Source: Chloroflexi bacterium ADurb.Bin325 (GTDB lineage Bacteria > Chloroflexota > Anaerolineae > CG2-30-64-16). Taken from it: a DNA stretch of 49,601 nt. The position numbers and the translations under genes are program-made. Where the stretch lies: NCBI GenBank assembly GCA_002068935.1, contig MWBF01000002.1, positions 1 to 49,601 on the forward strand, read 5' to 3'. Positions 45,158 to 49,601 of the stretch are shown here, piece after piece (the first letter of the stretch is position 1; every line of letters starts with the position of its first letter). The notes beneath the pieces are model-generated. The model did not search any database. It saw nothing but the letters and a program-made list of their open reading frames with translations, and had not been told where the DNA came from.

Positions 45158-46327
45158 ATGCCGCGCAAGAGCCTTCTGGTGTTGACCCTGATCCTGTTGG
45201 CCGCGGCCGTCAGCGGCTGCCAGGAAGGCGTCATGCAGCCGCAGCCACGGCCGCCGACCGCGGCAGCAACAGCGACAGAAGCGCCGCCGACCGTCGCCGC
45301 GGCCCCGCGCGTGCTGCCCGACATCCACGCCGAGCCCTGGCCTGAGGCCGACAACCTCTTCCGGGGCGACCCCCACTGGCTCGGCTCCGACGATGCATAC
45401 TCCATCGACCTGGGCGACGGTCGCGTGCTCTGGCTGTTCGGCGACACCTTCATCACCTACGACGCGCGCCGCTCGCGGCAGGGCGCGCTCATGATCCGCA
45501 ACAGCATCGGGGTGCAGACCGGCTACGACCCCTCGATCGCGGAGATGGACTTCTACTGGCCGCTGATCGACTACCTCCCCTCCTCCTTCTTCCCGGAGCG
45601 GGGCAACCTGTGGTACTGGCCCGGCCACGGCGTCAGGCTCGACGACCGGGTGATCGTCTTCCTGATGGTCGTGCGCAAGTCGATCGGCGGGCTGGGCTTC
45701 GCCACCGAGGGCTGGGCCGCGGCCAGGCTCACCGGCATCGCCGGGCCGCCGGCCGAATGGGAACTCACCTGGCTCGACACGCCCGCCAACGACTACGGCG
45801 TGCTGATATCGGGCGCGGCGCTGGTCTCCGACGGTTATGTCTATGTCTACGGCGTCCAGGAGCCGAGCCACGACATCTATCTGGTGCGCTGGCCGGTGGC
45901 CGAGGTGCTGGCCGACGATCTCGCACGACCCCAGTGGTGGACGGGCGCGGCGTGGACGGCGCAGCAGGAGCTGACCGGCCTGCCCGCGCCGCTCTACACC
46001 GGCGGCCAGACCGAGTTCACGGTCCACTATGACCCCGCCCTCCAGCAGTACCTGGGCATCCAGACCGTGGGCTTCCCGCAGGCGGAGCTGGCGTTCCGGC
46101 TCGCGCCCGCGGCGACCGGCGCATGGAGCGCGGCGACGGTCTTCTACCGGCCCGAGGAGTACGCCATCCGGGACGTGATGATCTACGCCGCAAAGGCGCA
46201 CCCGGAGCTGATGGGCGCGGGCGCAGACCTCATCCTGACCTATGCCACCAACTCGCTGAGCCAGACCAGCCTGCTGAGCGACGACCGGCTGTATTACCCG
46301 CGCTTTCTAAAAGCCACCTACCGCTGA
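45158..46327 (+). CDS. Lipoprotein of unknown function (possibly a beta-propeller glycosidase-like DUF4185-type domain)
   Basis: Lipobox LLAAAVSGC, a Pro/Ala/Thr linker, then VLWLFGDTF...YWPGHG...YVYVYGV strands reminiscent of DUF4185/sialidase-fold proteins. The family call is tentative. Confidence 0.7.
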   Translation: MPRKSLLVLTLILLAAAVSGCQEGVMQPQPRPPTAAATATEAPPTVAAAPRVLPDIHAEPWPEADNLFRGDPHWLGSDDAYSIDLGDGRVLWLFGDTFITYDARRSRQGALMIRNSIGVQTGYDPSIAEMDFYWPLIDYLPSSFFPERGNLWYWPGHGVRLDDRVIVFLMVVRKSIGGLGFATEGWAAARLTGIAGPPAEWELTWLDTPANDYGVLISGAALVSDGYVYVYGVQEPSHDIYLVRWPVAEVLADDLARPQWWTGAAWTAQQELTGLPAPLYTGGQTEFTVHYDPALQQYLGIQTVGFPQAELAFRLAPAATGAWSAATVFYRPEEYAIRDVMIYAAKAHPELMGAGADLILTYATNSLSQTSLLSDDRLYYPRFLKATYR

Positions 46328-46352
46328 GCGCCCCGCCGTCGGCAATCGCGAT

Positions 46353-46381
46353 TTGCCCTTCGCGCCGCGCGACGGTACAAT
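46353..46381 (+). promoter_or_regulatory. Sigma-70-like promoter giving a leaderless FGGY kinase mRNA
   Basis: TTGCCC (46353-58), 17 nt, TACAAT (46376-81). The ATG at 46388 starts 7 nt after the -10 and no SD sequence is present. Confidence 0.45.
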
Positions 46382-46387
46382 CCAGGC

Positions 46388-47842
46388 ATGACCGCTACCC
46401 ACTATCTGCTCGCCCATGACCTGGGCACGACCGGCAACAAGGCCACCCTGTTCAACGCGACGACCGGCCTGGCCTGCGCGGCCGTCTTCGAGTCTTACCC
46501 CGCCGCCTATCTGCACCCGAACTGGGCGGAGGAGGACCCGATGGACTGGCGCACGGCCATCTATGCGGGCACGCGACGGCTGCTCGACCAGGCGCAGATC
46601 CCTGCATCCGCCATCGCGGCGGTCAGCTTCTCCGGCACGATGAACGGCGCGGTCTTCCTGGACGCGGCCGGCGAGCCGACGCGGCCCGCGATGCTGTGGG
46701 CCGACCAGCGCGCGATGGCCGAGGCGGAGCACCTGGGCGCAGCCTGCGGGTTCGAGGCCGTCTACCGGCGGACCGGCCACCGGGCCAGCGCCTCCTACAC
46801 CGCGGCCAAGGCCCTCTGGGTCAAGCGTCATCAGCCCGAGGTCTATGCGCGGACGCGCTGGATCGTGCAGGCGAAGGACTATGCGGCCATGACCCTGTCG
46901 GGCGTCATCGCGACCGACCTCTCCGACGCCTCCGGCACGAACCTGTTCAATCTCGAGGCGCGCACCTGGGCCGACGACATCATCCAGGCCATCGGGCTGG
47001 ACGCCGCCATGTTGCCGCCCGTACACCCCTCCGCGACGGTCATCGGCCAGGTGACGCGCAAGGCCGCCACCCTCACCGGCCTGGTCGCCGGGACGCCGGT
47101 CGTCATCGGCGCGGGCGACGGCGCATGCGCGACGGTCGGCTCCGGCGTGGTCGGCGCGGGCGACGCCTACACCTACATCGGCTCGTCCGCGTGGATCGCG
47201 ACCGCGCTCGAACGCCCGCTGTACGACCCGCTCATGCGCACGTTCACCTTCGTGCACCCCGACCCGCGGCTCTACTTTGCGGTCGGCGCGATGCAGAGCG
47301 CGGGCGGCTCGCTGGACTGGCTGGTGGCCGCGGAGCCGCCGGGCGCGCACGGCCTGCTCTTCCTGCCCCATCTGCTCGGCGAGCGCAGCCCCCACTGGAA
47401 CCCGCTGGCGCGCGGGGCATTCGTGGGGTTGAGCATGGCGCACGGCCGCGCAGCGGTCAGCCGCGCGGTGCTCGAAGGGGTCGCGTTCAACCTGCGCGCC
47501 ATCCTGGACGCCTTCCGCGCGCAGGAGGACATCGCGGCCATGCGCGTCATCGGCGGCGGCGCGCGCAGCGCCGTGTGGCGGCAGATCCTGGCCGATGTCT
47601 ACGGCGTGCCCGTGCTGCGGCCCCAGTTGTTGGGCGAGGCGACCTCCTTCGGCGCGGCCATCACCGCGGGCGTCGGCGTCGGCCTGTACGATGGGTTCGA
47701 GGTCGCGCGGCGCTTCGTCCACACGGACCAGACCGAGCAGCCCGACCCCGCGCATCACGCGGCGTACGACACGGTCTATGCGCTGTTCCAGGACGCCTAC
47801 CGCGCGCTGGAGCCGCTCTTCCCGCGGCTGAACGCGCTGTAA
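46388..47842 (+). CDS. FGGY-family carbohydrate kinase (xylulokinase/gluconokinase-like)
   Basis: N-terminal LLAHDLGTTGNKATLF (the FGGY phosphate-1 motif), with GAGDGACATVGSG and VIGGGARSAVWRQILADVYGVPV motifs. Confidence 0.9.
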   Translation: MTATHYLLAHDLGTTGNKATLFNATTGLACAAVFESYPAAYLHPNWAEEDPMDWRTAIYAGTRRLLDQAQIPASAIAAVSFSGTMNGAVFLDAAGEPTRPAMLWADQRAMAEAEHLGAACGFEAVYRRTGHRASASYTAAKALWVKRHQPEVYARTRWIVQAKDYAAMTLSGVIATDLSDASGTNLFNLEARTWADDIIQAIGLDAAMLPPVHPSATVIGQVTRKAATLTGLVAGTPVVIGAGDGACATVGSGVVGAGDAYTYIGSSAWIATALERPLYDPLMRTFTFVHPDPRLYFAVGAMQSAGGSLDWLVAAEPPGAHGLLFLPHLLGERSPHWNPLARGAFVGLSMAHGRAAVSRAVLEGVAFNLRAILDAFRAQEDIAAMRVIGGGARSAVWRQILADVYGVPVLRPQLLGEATSFGAAITAGVGVGLYDGFEVARRFVHTDQTEQPDPAHHAAYDTVYALFQDAYRALEPLFPRLNAL

Positions 47843-47859
47843 TTGGAAGCTGGAAGCTG

Positions 47860-49080
47860 ATGGCAGAGATCCGGCTCGTCAACGTCTCGCGCACCTACGA
47901 TCCCGTCGGCCGCTTCGACCGGGCCGCTGGCCGGCCGCGCGGGGAGGCCGGCCAGCAGTACGACCGCGCCTTTGCGGATCGCATGGCCGCGCAGGCGGAG
48001 ATCAACCGGCCCGCGGCCGCGGGCCGCGTCAAGGCGCTCGACAACGTGACGCTGACCGTCGCGGACGGCGAGACGCTCGCCGTGGTCGGGCCGTCCGGCT
48101 GCGGCAAGAGCACCCTGCTGCGCGTCATCGCGGGGCTGGACACCGGCTACAGCGGCGAGATCTATTACGGCCACGAGAACGTGCGCGATGTGCCGGTGAA
48201 GGATCGCTACATCGGCATGGTCTTTCAGAATTACGCCCTCTATCCCCACTTCCAGGGCCGCGGCAACCTGCGCTTCTTCTTCCAGGTGCGCGGCGCGCCC
48301 GACGCCGAGGCCGAGGAGCGCATCCGCATCACCGCCGAGATCATGGGGTTCGGCTTCAGCCAGTTGCTCGACCGCAAGCCGGGCACGCTCTCCGGCGGCC
48401 AGCAGCAGCGGCTCGCCATCGCCCGCGCCCTGGTGCGGAACCCGAAGCTGTTCCTGTTCGACGAGCCCCTGTCCAACCTGGACGCCAAGCTGCGCACGCA
48501 GACCCGCATCGAGATTCGCCGCCTGCTCAACCGCTTTTCGATCACCGCGCTGTACGTGACGCACGACCAGGTCGAGGCGATGGCGCTGGGCGACCGCATC
48601 GCGGTGATGCGCGACGGCCGCATCGAACAGATCGGCGCATACGATACGCTGCGCAACGACCCGAACAGCGCATTCGTGGCCGGGTTTCTCGGCCCGCGGC
48701 CCATGAACCTGCTCGCCGGCGCGTCAGACGGCGACGGCGTGCTCCACGTGGGCGGCTTCAGCGTGATGTTGCCGCCGTCCCTCCGGCTGAGCAGCCCCGC
48801 GGGCCGCGGCGTCACCCTGGGCGTCCACACGGACGACGCGGTCGCGTACGAGCCGGCCCTGCCCGCGCCTGCCGGCCCGCGGGTCAAGGGCACGGTCGAG
48901 ATGATCGAGCCGGACTTTGGCCGACGCCAGCAGTCCATCTTTGCGCGCGCGGGCGAGTTCACCTTCTCGCTCGTCACCGGCCTCGAGGCCGGCTGGCACG
49001 TCGGCGAGGAGATCGAGGTCGTCCTGCCGGAGGATCGGCTCTACTTCTTCGATACCGAGTCCGGCGCGCGCCTGCGATAA
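47860..49080 (+). CDS. Sugar-type ABC transporter ATP-binding protein (MalK/UgpC/MsiK-like) with an N-terminal insertion
   Basis: Walker A GPSGCGKST, Q-loop MVFQNYALYPH, signature LSGGQQQR, Walker B LFLFDEP and a C-terminal TOBE/MalK-type regulatory domain. It is in frame within ORF 46696-49080, with the ATG at 47860. Confidence 0.9.
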   Translation: MAEIRLVNVSRTYDPVGRFDRAAGRPRGEAGQQYDRAFADRMAAQAEINRPAAAGRVKALDNVTLTVADGETLAVVGPSGCGKSTLLRVIAGLDTGYSGEIYYGHENVRDVPVKDRYIGMVFQNYALYPHFQGRGNLRFFFQVRGAPDAEAEERIRITAEIMGFGFSQLLDRKPGTLSGGQQQRLAIARALVRNPKLFLFDEPLSNLDAKLRTQTRIEIRRLLNRFSITALYVTHDQVEAMALGDRIAVMRDGRIEQIGAYDTLRNDPNSAFVAGFLGPRPMNLLAGASDGDGVLHVGGFSVMLPPSLRLSSPAGRGVTLGVHTDDAVAYEPALPAPAGPRVKGTVEMIEPDFGRRQQSIFARAGEFTFSLVTGLEAGWHVGEEIEVVLPEDRLYFFDTESGARLR

Positions 49081-49083
49081 CGT

Positions 49084-49155
49084 TTACTCGTTCCTCATTA
49101 CTCGTTACTCGTTACTCGTTATGCATACCGGTAACGAGTAATGAGTAATGAGTAA
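49084..49155. repeat. AT-rich heptamer-repeat palindrome (TTACTCG x4-5 / [CT]GAGTAA x3) forming a ~24-bp hairpin
   Basis: TTACTCG is at 49084, 49098, 49105 and 49112. The complements CGAGTAA/TGAGTAA are at 49135, 49142 and 49149. The stem 49098-49121 pairs with 49132-49155 (two G-T pairs) around the 10-nt loop TGCATACCGG. Confidence 0.85.
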
Positions 49156-49166
49156 AGGAGCTCCCC

Positions 49167-49601
49167 ATGCCAAAACCGATCACCATCACCGATGTCAAGG
49201 TCATCCTGACCCAGCCAGCAGGCTCACGGCTGATCGTCGTCAAGGTCATCACCTCGGAGCCGGGGCTGTACGGGCTGGGCTGCGCGACCTTCACCCAGCG
49301 CTGGCATGCAGTCGCGGCCGCGCTGGAGCACCACCTGAAGCCCTTCGCCATCGGCCGCGATGTCGCGCGCATCGAGGAGTTCTGGCAGATGGCGATGGTG
49401 CACTCCTACTGGCGCAACGGGCCGGTGCTCAACAACGCCATCTCCGGCATCGAGCAGGCGCTGTGGGACATCAAGGGCAAGCTCGCCGGCATGCCGGTCT
49501 ACGAGCTGTTGGGCGGCAAGTGTCGGGAGGGCGCCGCGGTCTACAGCCATGCGGACGGCCGCGACCCGCAGGAGGTGGAGGACAACGTCCGCCGGCTCAT
49601 G
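49167..49601 (+). CDS. Enolase-superfamily dehydratase (ManD/RspA-like), N-terminal fragment (continues beyond window)
   Basis: The ATG at 49167 is preceded by AAAGGAG. MPKPITITDVKVILTQP...FWQMAMVHSYWRNGPVLNNAISGIEQALWDIKGKLAGMPVYELLGG parallels D-mannonate dehydratase-subgroup N-termini. The frame is open to the window end. Confidence 0.85.
   Translation, partial: MPKPITITDVKVILTQPAGSRLIVVKVITSEPGLYGLGCATFTQRWHAVAAALEHHLKPFAIGRDVARIEEFWQMAMVHSYWRNGPVLNNAISGIEQALWDIKGKLAGMPVYELLGGKCREGAAVYSHADGRDPQEVEDNVRRLM

Overview
Very GC-rich bacterial chromosomal segment (by eye about two-thirds or more G+C; not computed). It is densely packed with about 42 protein-coding genes on both strands. I recognised no rRNA, tRNA, CRISPR array, transposase, integrase or phage genes. 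Gene content is housekeeping and accessory metabolism. Sugar-acid and sugar modules sit at both window ends (FGGY kinases, enolase-superfamily dehydratases, MFS permeases, an orphan MalK-like ATPase). There is a five-gene family-5 ABC importer followed by MDR dehydrogenase, SDR epimerase and SIS isomerase genes. A PAS-GAF histidine kinase/NarL-type regulator pair sits back-to-back with an ADP-ribosylglycohydrolase. A partial System I cytochrome c maturation cluster (ccmH-ccmG-ccmF) is bracketed by two zinc-ribbon membrane proteins. An unusually long glnE carries an internal ACT-domain pair. A DeoR-controlled 2-oxoacid dehydrogenase operon has a fused E1 alpha-beta subunit. The most striking unexplained signal is non-coding. 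(i) Two families of highly stable palindromic elements exist, one bounded by 11-nt inverted termini CTATCCGAAAA/TTTTCGGATAG. They stack in intergenic regions, one copy lies in-frame inside the 5' end of glnE, and their terminal motif (GGATAGAACGCT) sits on or next to several stop codons. (ii) A tandemly duplicated 138-nt element with nested inverted repeats lies between convergent genes (39724-40010). (iii) An AT-rich heptamer-repeat palindrome abuts the ribosome-binding site of the last gene (49084-49155). Protein family calls come from reading the translated ORFs for motifs, not from database searches. Start codons are judged from SD-like sequences and third-position GC.
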